A DNA stretch of 63,986 bases, the filler included, from Sanchytrium tribonematis (Eukaryota), in NCBI GenBank assembly GCA_018985235.1. It is 9 parts of 9 records of this genome, joined end to end, with 100 filler letters (N's around TTAATTAATTAA, not from the genome) between each part and the next. Parts side by side here need not be neighbours in the genome. Positions count along the whole stretch, not along the records: positions 14,656 to 21,876 come from JADGIG010000455.1; positions 21,977 to 29,192 come from JADGIG010000456.1; positions 29,293 to 36,495 come from JADGIG010000457.1; 6 more parts are not named here. One strand, 5' to 3'. Positions 20,825 to 32,308 of the stretch are shown here, piece by piece (within the stretch, counting starts at the first letter, position 1; every line of letters begins with the position of its first letter). The notes below the pieces were generated by a model that saw only the letters and a list, made by a program, of their open reading frames with translations, searched no databases and was not told the origin of the DNA. Made by a program: the position numbers and the translations under genes.

Positions 20825-21876
20825 ATGATTTCTGCAGAGAATTTCAGATTACGAGGAAACGAAGCCTTTAATGACGGTAATTTTGACTTGGCTATTAGAA
20901 TATACTCTGATGGGATCGAAAAATTTCCTTCAGACTGTAGATTAAGGCTTAATCGAATGGCTTCGTTTATGAGACTTCGTTTATACGGACTAGCAGTGAA
21001 TGATGGCGACGATTTATTAGAAATTGAACCTAGAAATGAAAAAGCCATAATTAGGGTAATCAAATGCTTTTATTTTTTAAGGGAATATGACATTTGTAAA
21101 AATTTGATTGAAAATCATAGACCGATTTTGATAAGAAACATTGAAGAAATCAATTCTATAATGATCCAGATTCCTATGCGTCTTAAAGAAGCCGAAGGTG
21201 ATTACAATTTTACCAGAATGTTTGCAGCAAGTCAAACTGATATATACCTAGAAAATCATCTTTTTGAGGGCCCTATTGAAATGAGAGATACTTCAAATGG
21301 TCTTGGCATCTTTGTAACTCAAAATATACCTTTTGGTACTTTGATTATGGCAGACAAAGCATTGGCATACTCTGAAAATAATGACATAATGCCACTTTTG
21401 GATAGTGCAATATTAGCCAGTACTGATACCGCAATCAGACAAAGAATGAATCTTCTTCGCAATCCGGGTGAAGACATCCACTTTACTGATGACATCCTCA
21501 ACATTGTTGGTAAATATGAACGTTCTTGTAATGAGTATCAAATTAATAGCTCTGCTTTATATGGGAAAGTCAGTCTTATAAATCATTCCTGTATTCCTAA
21601 TACAGTCTCGTTTTGTATAGGCGATTTTATATTCATCAGAGCGGGAAAAGATTTGAAAGCGGATGAAGAACTTTACATATCTTACATTAGTCCACTTGCA
21701 CCATACTGGTATCGAAAACAGGTACTAGGGTCATTAGGAGTCAATTGCCGGTGTAAGCTGTGTGTTTTTGATTCCAAGTTATCAAAATTGCTGCCTGAAA
21801 TCGAAATAATTAGGGACAAGACCTCATCATATAACAAGAAGCTTTTGCTTGACTACATTCCCAAAATGGAGTCTTT
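20825..21876 (+). CDS. TPR + SET domain protein (SMYD-like), 3' end cut by contig end
   Basis: RGNEAFNDGNFDLAIRIYSDGI TPR; GLGIFVTQNIPFGT, INHSCIPN, EELYISY and post-SET CRCKLC. Confidence 0.85.
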
Positions 21877-21976
21877 NNNNNNNNNNNNNNNNNNNNNNNN
21901 NNNNNNNNNNNNNNNNNNNNTTAATTAATTAANNNNNNNNNNNNNNNNNNNNNNNNNNNNNNNNNNNNNNNNNNNN
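21877..21976. other. Artificial contig spacer
   Basis: N44-TTAATTAATTAA-N44. Confidence 0.97.
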
Positions 21977-22883
21977 AGATCAAGCACCCGTATTAAAAGC
22001 AGTGTTTGGCAGAAAATACAAAAATAGACCAATACATTGTAATATCTGTAATAATCATCACGATTATGTGAATCAATTGTATAAATGCTACAGAAATTGC
22101 TTTCGAAATCCACCTGAACCGCTTTGCTCAAAAACAACAAATTTGCAAACTGTTTCACTCCCTGAATCATGGAATTTGCCGTTGGAAAATTATCAAAATG
22201 CACTGACTAGTGAAGACACACACGTGTACTGTGATGCATCATATCATGAGCATCCAACCACCCAATCCACAGCAGGCATTGTCGTATTAACAAACTCAAT
22301 TCAAATTATCAAATCCTACAAATTAGAGAAATTAGCAATAGATGATTCAACCAGAGCTGAAATTGGCTCATTGTGTTGTGCATTAAAAGAAATACAAGCA
22401 ATTCCCAGTATATTAGGAAAGAATATAACATTTTACAGTGATAATACTGCAGCCATTGATGCATTAGAATATGCTCAAAACGATGATATCCCACTCTATA
22501 ATATTTATTGTTGTGATTTAATTGCACAGATCTATCATTTATTGACACCGAATATCTCATTTGAATATACGAAAGCACATGATGAGCAAAATAGAGAAAG
22601 TATAAATCATGCCGCTGATTATTTGACGCATTTCCATAGACAATCACCATTTGCGCCGTTACAATTGACGATTGCAGATACATCCAAGAAATTAAGAAAG
22701 AGAAAAGCAAAAAATGATGTGTTGCGACTGCAACATGTGAAAGAATCCAATCTAACAAAGTATCGCAAAATTCGTATTTTAGATGGTATACATGAAAAAT
22801 GTAGAATTACTGCTGCTCCTACCTAGTGTAGATAGCTTACATGAGCCAAATTCGTCTCAATAAATCATTAAAAAAAAAAAAAA
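21977..22883 (+). mobile_element. 3' end of a non-LTR retrotransposon (LINE) with C-terminal RNase H and poly(A) tail
   Basis: CNIC...C remnant, then VYCDAS, STRAE, YSDN, KAH...NHAAD; stop at 22826, AATAAA at 22859, A14 at 22870-22883. Confidence 0.7.
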
Positions 22884-22914
22884 GAAGCAACAAACATTGT
22901 TTAAGAATCGTAAA

Positions 22915-23398
22915 ATGATTATAATGACATTAAGTGGATTATTGGCATTGGGTGGATATATTAAATTCACAATGACACCTCTAAAAGAAGTAACGACAGA
23001 ACAAGCATTCCATGATGCAATCAAGGAACAAGGGAATTGTCAATTTCAATTGAATCTAGAGTCCTCATCAAACAGATTATCAATGTTATTATCAAAAGTC
23101 ACCACTAGGTCGATTTGGACATCCTGTCATTAGATGTGAGTATGGGGAATTAGTGATTCCTTATACTGGCAAGTGTATTGAATTTCCAACAGAATTGAAT
23201 CAGAAATGTCAAAAAATACTATCAGATTGTTGGATTGAGCAACATGGTAAAAAAAATGCTGCTGATTGTGCTTTATTAGATGCTCAAATTTGTAAGTTGA
23301 AAGAACAATTGGATCAAAAAACAATTTTGATTTATCAATGGCTGATTTATGGTACAATTGGTTCATTTTTGTTGTTAAAATTACTTTCGTCATTATGA
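22915..23398 (+). CDS. Small protein with two TM segments and a Cys-rich loop; one apparent frameshift near 23060-23075
   Basis: The N-terminal TM ORF overlaps an open second frame (DYQCYYQKSPLGRFG...LLLKLLSSL*). Confidence 0.4.
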
Positions 23399-23422
23399 AA
23401 TTTAAATAAATGTGGTTTTATT

Positions 23423-23848
23423 TCAAATGCAACCTGCTACGCTTGATGAACTCAATCTGGAAGCACATTGTGGATCTGATCTATATTCTTCTGATTGACA
23501 TGTCCCAACCAAGTTTCCACCAGATTGAACTTGATCTAAAATGCAATAAGGAATAGATTGTTGGCAATTTAAATATTGCTTATTGATATAGCCACATCTT
23601 TGGCCATAAGTGGGGTCTGATTGAGGCTGATTGTTAGATGGAAATGGGCATGCGACACTGGATTGTGTAAATAATGGACGACATTGTCCTTTAAATGCAG
23701 AAAATTGCGCGCAAATGCCTGATGAATTACACACTTCATCTTCACTACACATTTGAATTCCATAGGATGTAAAACCACATGTTGTAGTAGTTGTGGATAA
23801 TGAAAATGTTTGTAGAAGAAAGTGGATCATTTTTGAAAATTGGGGCAT
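23423..23848 (-). CDS. Secreted protein with two hevein/CBM18-like Cys repeats
   Basis: CG...C...CNSSGIC...CRP...C and a second CG...C...YC...GTC unit; likely start MIHFLL. Confidence 0.65.
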   Translation of the reverse strand: MPQFSKMIHFLLQTFSLSTTTTTCGFTSYGIQMCSEDEVCNSSGICAQFSAFKGQCRPLFTQSSVACPFPSNNQPQSDPTYGQRCGYINKQYLNCQQSIPYCILDQVQSGGNLVGTCQSEEYRSDPQCASRLSSSSVAGCI

Positions 23849-24045
23849 TGGATTTTAAATCGAGTCCGAATTTCTGAGAATGTCACTGATTGGATGATTT
23901 AAGATTAAAATATGCTGTGATTGGAGAATGAAATTGACACAGACTTGCTGAACGGGTTCTTGTGCACGGTAGTCAAGCACCTAGAAGCTATTGATTAGAT
24001 ATCACATCAATTCAAATCAACAAGATTGTAAAATTGAATTTATTT

Positions 24046-24546
24046 TTAACATTTCCCATTTTTGCTATATTTTGTTTTACAAACATACCATTTGGAATCG
24101 TAGTTAGCCTGACAAAGACCCTGATTTTTTGTATCTGATTTTCTATCCACAGTACAATATGGATACTTTTCAGTCTCACATGTTTTGGTGAAATTGTGAT
24201 TCCATGCTTTAAATTCCCCACATGTTTTATCATAGCATGTACCAGTCGCACTAAAATCTGGTTGACATGCTCCATTTAATAATGTATCATAATTGCAAAG
24301 ACCTTCATTGTTGCAATATTTCCCAATTGAGCACGTGATTGTCTTTTTACCAATCACTCCACATTTATCAACGCAGCCACTTCCAAAACTGTATTTTGGT
24401 TGACAAGTAGCCAAATGGGCATCTGAATTGCCACATTCACCAGATGAACTACAATATTTGTAATCCGGCGTGCACTTTTTATATTTTCCATTTTTACCAC
24501 AACTAGGCAATTTTGCAAATAATAATGAAATGAGAATGTAGATCAT
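24046..24546 (-). CDS. Secreted protein with three hevein/CBM18-like Cys repeats
   Basis: CGKNG..KC..YCSSSGECG...CQP...C pattern repeated three times. Confidence 0.7.
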   Translation of the reverse strand: MIYILISLLFAKLPSCGKNGKYKKCTPDYKYCSSSGECGNSDAHLATCQPKYSFGSGCVDKCGVIGKKTITCSIGKYCNNEGLCNYDTLLNGACQPDFSATGTCYDKTCGEFKAWNHNFTKTCETEKYPYCTVDRKSDTKNQGLCQANYDSKWYVCKTKYSKNGKC

Positions 24547-24820
24547 GTGAGATTTGGATGTGATCTTGTTAAATAGTGATTTGTTAATTATTAGAAGATT
24601 TGATTGGTTACAAACACCGTGCCAAGATGCTGTGATTGGGGCAATCTAACAAGCAGTTCTTGCTGTTAAATAGATGGGGGAGTATTGATCATCGGGGCTT
24701 GGGATTTGTGAAATTGAAAAAGATTGAAATGAGCTGAGAAAACACGTGTCATGACCAATTAAATAAATGTAATTTATTTCAAACTATGAAGCATCAGAAA
24801 TATTTGAGCATAAATCTGAA

Positions 24821-25312
24821 TTACTGTATTGTTGATTGCCTATTTTCAGGTACAATGTCCTTGTATGTTCCATAATAAGATGCGCCCTTTTCTGCTGGGA
24901 TACAATGAGGTTTAACAAGAGGACAGCTCTCAGTGGACCCTAATTCATCATAAGGACCACATGATAGTGAATAACCACATTCACTATCTGGTCCACTTAG
25001 ATCCGCATCGCAACCTGAAATCCCACTTGATCCACAAGCACCTGCACTGCAAATTCGATCACCTGAACAGAATCTTTTGATTCCATCTTTATCACCACAT
25101 GTGTCATTGTCTTGACATGATGATGTACTTGCGCGTGGTTGACAATATCTGCTAAACCAGTCACTGGTTCTGCAATAACCCCAAATGCTACAATATCCGT
25201 CTGCACAAATGGCATTGTTGTTTTGCCACCCACATCGTTCTCCTTCGTTGACATATTCCAATTCTTCTGCTTTCCTTCTTGCAAATAACATTGCGATGAA
25301 AATCATTGCCAT
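24821..25312 (-). CDS. Secreted protein with hevein/CBM18-like repeats; last repeat degenerate
   Basis: CGWQNNNAICADGYCSIWGYC...YCQP...C keeps the SxWGY chitin-binding motif. Confidence 0.7.
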   Translation of the reverse strand: MAMIFIAMLFARRKAEELEYVNEGERCGWQNNNAICADGYCSIWGYCRTSDWFSRYCQPRASTSSCQDNDTCGDKDGIKRFCSGDRICSAGACGSSGISGCDADLSGPDSECGYSLSCGPYDELGSTESCPLVKPHCIPAEKGASYYGTYKDIVPENRQSTIQ

Positions 25313-25509
25313 TTAAAAGGGGATCTGTCATTAAATAGTCCAGTAACGATGATCATTGAGTGCAAGCACGGTGCAGTTATTCTGTAAATGGCGGAATAAA
25401 TTAAAGCAAGCCTTGCCAATAAATGGATTTGAAAGCGCGATTTGATCAGATGATCAGGAAAATAGGATAGTGGGCATTTGTAATCTAGCTGCTTTTGCCG
25501 CAAGTAAAG

Positions 25510-26200
25510 TTTTTTTTTGTTAAAAAGAACAAGGTTCTTTGGGTGGAGATGAAATCAAGTTTTTTGGCGCAGTAGATCTGTACGATGTTGTATAGTATGA
25601 GAAAATGATTGGATCTCAGTTAAAATATAAATAAATTGCTCAAATGCTTCCGTTTTGTTGTAAAAAAGAATGAAATCAAGCCATTCTAATTCAGTCCATT
25701 TGAATTGGTCTATTCTTAGAAGCTGACTGATTTCGGTTTTCTTTAAATGTGTAACCAATTGTAATGGCACTAGTCATAAAAGATCTAGACTAACTTTACA
25801 AAGCGAGTCCACATAATTATTTAGGATGTTATTTGAGTGTGCTTTAACAAAATGGAAATCTATTTGGGGTGAGTTTATATTATTGGTGATCCATTGACAT
25901 TGTGAAATCAGATCCGATGCAGAAATATGCTCAAATTTGGCTGATCTGGAAATAAAGTTTTTGATATTTGTAATTGCATTTTGTGAATCCGTTTTAATTA
26001 TGATACGTTCAATGTTTGGTAATTTAGATTTAACGTGGTTTAAAGTCGCTATTATAATTGCAATTTCTGATCGCGTGCTATTATTTATCACAAGGGGTGT
26101 TAGGTCCAAGCGGAGATTTTCAAACAAATTAGGGAGATTTGGATGAATTATTTGATTGCATTTGGGACAAGGAATTTTTGTTTCATGATTATGTGGAATA
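25510..26200 (-). mobile_element. Degenerate LINE RNase H remnant
   Basis: NSTRSE, KTDS, VKAH..N..NNYVD; the first acidic motif is missing; in-frame stop at 25774; upstream CPKC; possible A-tract at 25510-25518. Confidence 0.55.
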
Positions 26201-26401
26201 CGCTTTAGTAAGATATCTTGGAATGAATGTGTTGAGTTAACTATCTGCTTTTCCGATACAGGTTTTAAAGAAATTTATTAGTTTTAAATTGGTATTTGAT
26301 ATCTGGCTGAAATTGAATCAGATGTGGTGTATCTGCGACAGTTGATTTGTGGTTGAGGAATTTATTATCTTATTCATCGAAAGCGCAAAGTAAAAGGTGA
26401 A

Positions 26402-28362
26402 ATGGTTTTATATTCTGCTCACTGGATTTCAAATTGTCTATCTTCTGTGAGAGAACTTTACATTCAAAATTTATTAAGAGATCCGTCTAATATTGATTTA
26501 GATGTCAAAACTATAAATATAAGAACTGCCAATATAAAGCAGGCACTTGAAAGTCACAATCTTAAAAGGGTAATTGATGATAAGAAAAATTATAAATCTA
26601 AAGATGATTTCTTATTTGATGAGTCATATAATCATAGTGAACACTTATCTATTATAAAATATTGTTGGAATCATTTCAAATATCCATCAGTTGGTCTAAA
26701 TATCTTGCTGATCATTTACTTGCCCATGCTGGTTTACATCGTGGGGATGAAAGAAGGGAATTCAAATTGAGTAATTGTCGTATTTTGGATACTAAAATTG
26801 ATAATTTGGATGTAAAAGCTCTGATTATAGTCATTGAGCGGTCAAAAACAAATAATTACAAAAGAATTGAACATTCAAGTTTTATTCGCCATATGAATCC
26901 AATCGAATGCCCTGTTGGCGCCATGGCGCTGTTTCTTTTTTTTAGATTTAATTTCACAGACGAAAACTTCCCCAATGTTCATGTCAAGCAAGATTGGTAC
27001 GATATTTTTCTTTTGTTTGGTGATAAAGGCATTAAATCTAAGCTAGATTATTCATCACATTTAAAAACTGTAACAAAAATCCTGAAAGAATGTAATATTG
27101 ATAGTGGGAAATGCAAAACTCATTTGCAGAGGAAATCAGGTGTTAGAATGCTTGATGAAATGAATTGCAGGGAAGACCATGTTGATAGACTGGGTGGATG
27201 GAAACACGATAAGAAGACCACCAGCTATTTACTAAATATTGCTACTGAAGCTATGAAATTAATGAGTGGAGGAAGTAAAATTCAAGGCAGTTATCAAATT
27301 TATAGAGACGCATTCATCCCATCACTTAATTTGCAACAATTGGTCTTCCCTGGCGCATTCAAATATGATTTGTCGGATCCAATGCTAGAAAAGACTGCTG
27401 TAAATTTCATAAACTTGATGAAATATTTAGCAATAGTAGTACTTCAGGATGCAGCAATACTTATAAATAATGAGGATATTAAGTCACATGCAATTTTTAA
27501 ATGTGATTTATTCAGATCAAACGAATTTATCGAGTTTTCAAAATTGGTAAATGACCATCATAGAACAATGAGTAGCCGCCCACTGAATGAAGTAAGCACA
27601 TTAGCAGAGGTATCACCTGATATCTGTCAAATGCTGTCTAGCCAGCATCATTATTTTAGCAGGATTTTATCAGAACAGGCAGAATTAAAAAATCAAATAT
27701 TTCAATTAAATCAGCAACTGCATCAGTTTTACTCATTTCAGATATGTCAACCTATTTTAGCATCGTTTGTTAATCCCCAAATGTCTATCAATCATCAAAA
27801 TTACCACCCAAATACACCAAATTATTCCCCTCAAATTAATCCCAAATTTGTCTCCATTCAGTCAAGTAACCTTTCTACTGTGTCATCTCTGCGTAATTAT
27901 GTAAGACAAGCATCCTATCAGTCAACTTCTAGCCAAAAGTCATCACCAGATTCTGCAATTAGCAACATAAACCAATCTCATTTGGAAGAAGAAAAACACG
28001 CATATAGACTCAATAACGAGACCAAATGTCTCAAAAAGCTATGTGTGGAATACTATGATGGTACCCTACAATGCCCTGCATATAGTTCCTTAGAGAAACA
28101 ATTTAAATCTGAATGGCGGCGAGGTTCTAATAGTTCTGACTCTGCTAAAAATAGACAATTTTGGAAGGGAAGATTAGATTGCATCAAAGAAATAGAACGT
28201 CTAGAAGTATCTACTGGTCTATCTCGACATGCTGTGGTTGAAATGATAGTCAAATTTAAAGACGGTATTGAAATTGCTAAAAAATCAGCAACTATCCCAT
28301 GGCTCATTAAATATATGAAAAATAACAAAGATAAAAGCACTAGGACCTATGGATTTGCTTAA
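26402..28362 (+). mobile_element. Crypton-type tyrosine recombinase (Ndc10-II-like plus GCR1_C domains); 5'-truncated with one frameshift
   Basis: LHRGDE, RHMNPIECPVGAMALFLFFRF, KTHLQR, RLGGW, SYL; C-terminal EYYDG...LEKQFKSEWR. The two ORFs join by one missing A at ~26700 (VGL-KYLADH). Confidence 0.8.
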
Positions 28363-28823
28363 TAAATGATATTTACTTCAAAGTAGCCCTAATCTTAAGT
28401 TACCTGCTTATTTTCATGTCATTTGAATGTAACATTGAGAATTGGATAATGATTTTGATCATTACATTCAATTTGATGGTTTACCTTTGATATATATTGA
28501 GAATAAACGTCAATAAATGGTTAGAAGGAGTGTGATTAGGGTCAATTTTAGAAAATAAAATCTGTGATTGGGGGCAAGTTAGAAAAATAAAATGTGTGAA
28601 ATTGAAATGTGATTATGTGATTTGGGTCTTTTTACTGGAAAGAAATGCCCATCTATTATAATAATTGGTGTAATAAAATAGTATGTAAAGTGATCTAGAA
28701 TTTATATGTGATGATACACTGGTCATGCTCTTGATTATTTTATTAATCGTAGAGTCAATTTTGTTTGCTAGGTAATGAACAGGTTTATAGAAAGTTGTCC
28801 TAAAAATCATTTCATTTAAAATA

Positions 28824-29192
28824 TTAATTTATTGAGATTAAAGGGCTTTGTGGACTCATTGGCAATTGAATGCGATTACTACAATAAATAATACGCTTGT
28901 AAATACGCTCTAAATATTGTTTATCAATAAAAACAGAATAATCTAATATTTTCAATAATCTCTTTTCATATTTAATTAATGTAGTAGGCTGTATTTGAAG
29001 TAATCTGGCTAAATCTTTAGTGGTCACATACTCATCTTGATCTACTTTATATGCCAAAATCAAACATGCACAAAATTGGATATATTGATTTTGAGATGGC
29101 ATTAATTCATAGTAATAAATAGCAGATAAGATGCTATGTAGTGGGATTCTGAGTATTCTTTGGGTATAAAGGATATATTTGATTTCCTTATT
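28824..29192 (-). CDS. Pho85/Pho80-type cyclin, 5' end cut by contig end
   Basis: CLILAYKVDQD...LIKYEKRLLKILDYSV; the frame is open to the contig edge. Confidence 0.7.
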   Translation of the reverse strand, partial: NKEIKYILYTQRILRIPLHSILSAIYYYELMPSQNQYIQFCACLILAYKVDQDEYVTTKDLARLLQIQPTTLIKYEKRLLKILDYSVFIDKQYLERIYKRIIYCSNRIQLPMSPQSPLISIN

Positions 29193-29292
29193 NNNNNNNN
29201 NNNNNNNNNNNNNNNNNNNNNNNNNNNNNNNNNNNNTTAATTAATTAANNNNNNNNNNNNNNNNNNNNNNNNNNNNNNNNNNNNNNNNNNNN
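29193..29292. other. Artificial contig spacer
   Basis: N44-TTAATTAATTAA-N44. Confidence 0.97.
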
Positions 29293-29479
29293 TCTGACCA
29301 AACATTGGTGATTTGAATCCGAATGAAAAGGCTAAATTTGATGCCACTTCATTTATACTCTTGCGTAAATAATAATCAGAAGCTAAACCCCCAAAAATAC
29401 TTAAAATCCCTAAACCATTTACTACATTGCTTGTATTAAGCGGTAATGCCATGACTACAGTCAAAAATGGCACAATCAT
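29293..29479 (-). CDS. Putative secreted protein, 5' fragment
   Basis: MIVPFLTVVMA-LP start of the same short-signal type; runs into the spacer. Confidence 0.4.
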
Positions 29480-29868
29480 TTCACGGAGACGGGCGATGTT
29501 TTTACTCAGAAATGACATGGGGATATTGTACGACCACGTTGCAAGACATGATTGGTGTTTCCAAAACAGCGTGATACTAGACATTTTAGTAGATTTATAT
29601 TTATTCAACATTAAATGTGACGCGTTTGTCATTTGATCCACAATAGTAAAACCCAAAACATCTGATTGTCAATGTGATGACGCATTAACTCTTCTTCCTT
29701 TATAATCAAATGCTAATAGTTTAACAGATCCAATTGGGAAACTAATTCCCATTTTAATTTAAAATCAATTATTCAACAGGCTTATTAAATGCAGGTGATT
29801 GCGCATATTCACAATCTGCCAATTAATAAAAATTTGGAATTTTAGGGAGATGTTCTGAAACATCATAA

Positions 29869-30813
29869 ATGTCTTTAAATATCAAACTAAATCAGCCTGT
29901 TATTAACCCAGGTGACACCATCAAAGGTGTCTGTATCATAAATTTAAATGAAAAATGTAAAGACATTCTGATTGAATTTGAAGGACGTGAAAAAACACGA
30001 TGGAAAACTGGAGGTGGTAAAAACACTCAAATCCATCAACAAGCCATCCAACTTGTCAATGAGTCTGTATCCATATTAGATGAATCTCTCAAGAATCAAA
30101 AAATCACCCATCATGAAATCCCATTTGAAATATCAACTGGTGATTTATTAGGGTCTTTTCACAGCAATGTGGGTCAGATCACATACACCATCACCTTAAA
30201 AGCCATCAAGACACTCATTAATAAGGATTTCACTTGTCCTATCCAAATAAATCATCAATTGCCCATTTTTAACCCACAAATAATAGCCACCAATTTTCAA
30301 AAAAAGGTATTTAATTGGTTTAAACCCAAACAAATCATTGATTTCACTGTAGAAATACCCAATATGATGCTACCTGGTCAATCCATCCCTGTTAAATTAA
30401 ATATTTCAAATCAATCCAAAAAATCCATTCGAAAAATGAAAATTAATCTAGTGAATCATCTACACTTTAAAGCACATAGAAGAACAAGAAATAAAGTACA
30501 TGTCATATCCAGTATAGACCCACAAATTAATCTGGCTCCATTTACATCGGATGTCATTTCCACTAAAATCGACATTCCCACAAATTTACAGCCAACTTTA
30601 ATGGGACAGATCATACAAAGTACATATGGCATTCAGATTATCACACACTATCCAGGAATGACTAGTCAATCATCACATATAGCATTCTTCACATTGGGAT
30701 CAGAAATTAGTGAAAAACCCAAATTACCAAATTCATGCAAAATTACTCCATTAAAATTCATTCAGTCTCTTGAAAATAATAATATTGTCAATGACATTGC
30801 GCAAAGATTATAA
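29869..30813 (+). CDS. Alpha-arrestin (Arrestin_N + Arrestin_C)
   Basis: PGDTIKG, FEGREKTRW, HEIPFE, GSF...GQITY, PGQSIPVKLNISNQS, LQPT..GQIIQSTY. Confidence 0.85.
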   Translation: MSLNIKLNQPVINPGDTIKGVCIINLNEKCKDILIEFEGREKTRWKTGGGKNTQIHQQAIQLVNESVSILDESLKNQKITHHEIPFEISTGDLLGSFHSNVGQITYTITLKAIKTLINKDFTCPIQINHQLPIFNPQIIATNFQKKVFNWFKPKQIIDFTVEIPNMMLPGQSIPVKLNISNQSKKSIRKMKINLVNHLHFKAHRRTRNKVHVISSIDPQINLAPFTSDVISTKIDIPTNLQPTLMGQIIQSTYGIQIITHYPGMTSQSSHIAFFTLGSEISEKPKLPNSCKITPLKFIQSLENNNIVNDIAQRL

Positions 30814-30818
30814 TAAAT

Positions 30819-31622
30819 TTATTCTACTAAAATTGGAATACTTATTTTGGATCCATTCATTACAAATTCAATAAAATGGTCTACGCCTGCAAATTCATGG
30901 TATGTATCTGGTATTAATTCATATTTACCCCATTTCAATTGTTTATTTTTATACAAAATGCCCTCTTTTGCAATAATTGTGAATTCACATTGATTTTTAA
31001 TCATTTTAGTCATTTGACATAATATCTTATTTTTACGCTTTAATCTGCCTTGTTTTTCATAATGAAATCCTTGTATACAATTTACTTGTAATTTGAATGA
31101 ACTTGGACCATTTATTTTGATATTAATGATATTTAAAATTCTAGAATCCAGGTAAATTTCTAATTGGTTTTCAAAATATTCAAATGGTTGTTTAAATAAA
31201 TTGATTTTATTGGGATCTTGGTAATGTAATTTTACAATTTCATGACATGTGAATGAATTGAAGATTAATGTGGATGTTTTGAGTTCTGCTTTGATGGCAA
31301 ATATTAAATTGAAATATTTGGTGGATATGGAAGAATAATTGGGAGTGGTAAAGACATAATCATATGAATGGGATCCACTCATATATTGGCCATCACCTAG
31401 TTGATATTGGGGCAATTTCATGGATTGCCATAATATTTGAGTTTCTAAGATTTGGGAAGATTCAATTGGAGGTTTTTGATTGATCGTGTAATGGCATTCT
31501 AAATGGACTAGTAATTGACGTGCATGTGTTCTTGGGGCGTATGTGATATTTAATGTGCCTGTTAATGGTGTTTGAATATCCAAAGATAAAATGGAATATT
31601 CTTCAGACATGGAGAAACGCAA
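30819..31622 (-). CDS. Divergent arrestin-N-like protein
   Basis: LTGTLNI, GSHSYDYVF, IFAIKAEL beta-sandwich pattern; convergent with the arrestin, 5 nt apart. Confidence 0.5.
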   Translation of the reverse strand: MRFSMSEEYSILSLDIQTPLTGTLNITYAPRTHARQLLVHLECHYTINQKPPIESSQILETQILWQSMKLPQYQLGDGQYMSGSHSYDYVFTTPNYSSISTKYFNLIFAIKAELKTSTLIFNSFTCHEIVKLHYQDPNKINLFKQPFEYFENQLEIYLDSRILNIINIKINGPSSFKLQVNCIQGFHYEKQGRLKRKNKILCQMTKMIKNQCEFTIIAKEGILYKNKQLKWGKYELIPDTYHEFAGVDHFIEFVMNGSKISIPILVE

Positions 31623-31628
31623 TCAAAA

Positions 31629-32084
31629 TTAAAAAAGTAAATGAAAATATATTGAAAAGATACTTAATGAAGCAATCGAGCCACTTGATGCATCTGGACT
31701 GGTGGAATTACCTGAACTAGAATTGGTAGGTGCTCTGTCAATGACTGTGGTGCTATGTTTCATGGCACAATCGATGACTTTTTTGACTTGGCAGTCAGAA
31801 TCTGAGCAACTCTTTTTGCTTTCATCAATGCAATTCTTTAAATCGGACTTATCAGCATCTGAATCCGCTGGTACTTTGATCTTACTCGTATCTCTGGTTA
31901 GACTATCTCCAACGCAATAAAATAATCCATCTCTTTGACATTTGGATTCATCTGATTGTGTTTTACATGAAATGGTTTGTTGAATGACACAGTTTCCAAA
32001 ATCATCCATGGTAGACGGACCCATGACTGCTGGATTTGAATCTGCTGGTGAAGCCAAAATTGTAAATGGAACCAAAAAAATCAT
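31629..32084 (-). CDS. Small secreted Cys-rich protein, likely GPI-anchored
   Basis: Short signal, two C..C..C..C helical repeats, Ser-rich linker and hydrophobic C-terminus. Confidence 0.65.
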   Translation of the reverse strand: MIFLVPFTILASPADSNPAVMGPSTMDDFGNCVIQQTISCKTQSDESKCQRDGLFYCVGDSLTRDTSKIKVPADSDADKSDLKNCIDESKKSCSDSDCQVKKVIDCAMKHSTTVIDRAPTNSSSGNSTSPDASSGSIASLSIFSIYFHLLF

Positions 32085-32308
32085 TTGTTGTGAGGGGACT
32101 TGTGTAATCTGACTTTATAACTCGAAGAGCCAATCACGCTGCCCAAAAAACAGGCAAGTTATTAGTTTGAGGCACCTGTATGGACTCAATTTTAATTAAC
32201 AGAAACTTGAATTAACAATTTAATTTGTCGAAAAGGGACTTTGGGATCTATTTTTCAATAATATCGCACGTTGGAAGTCTCAAGTCAATGCAATTATCAA
32301 TCAATCAT

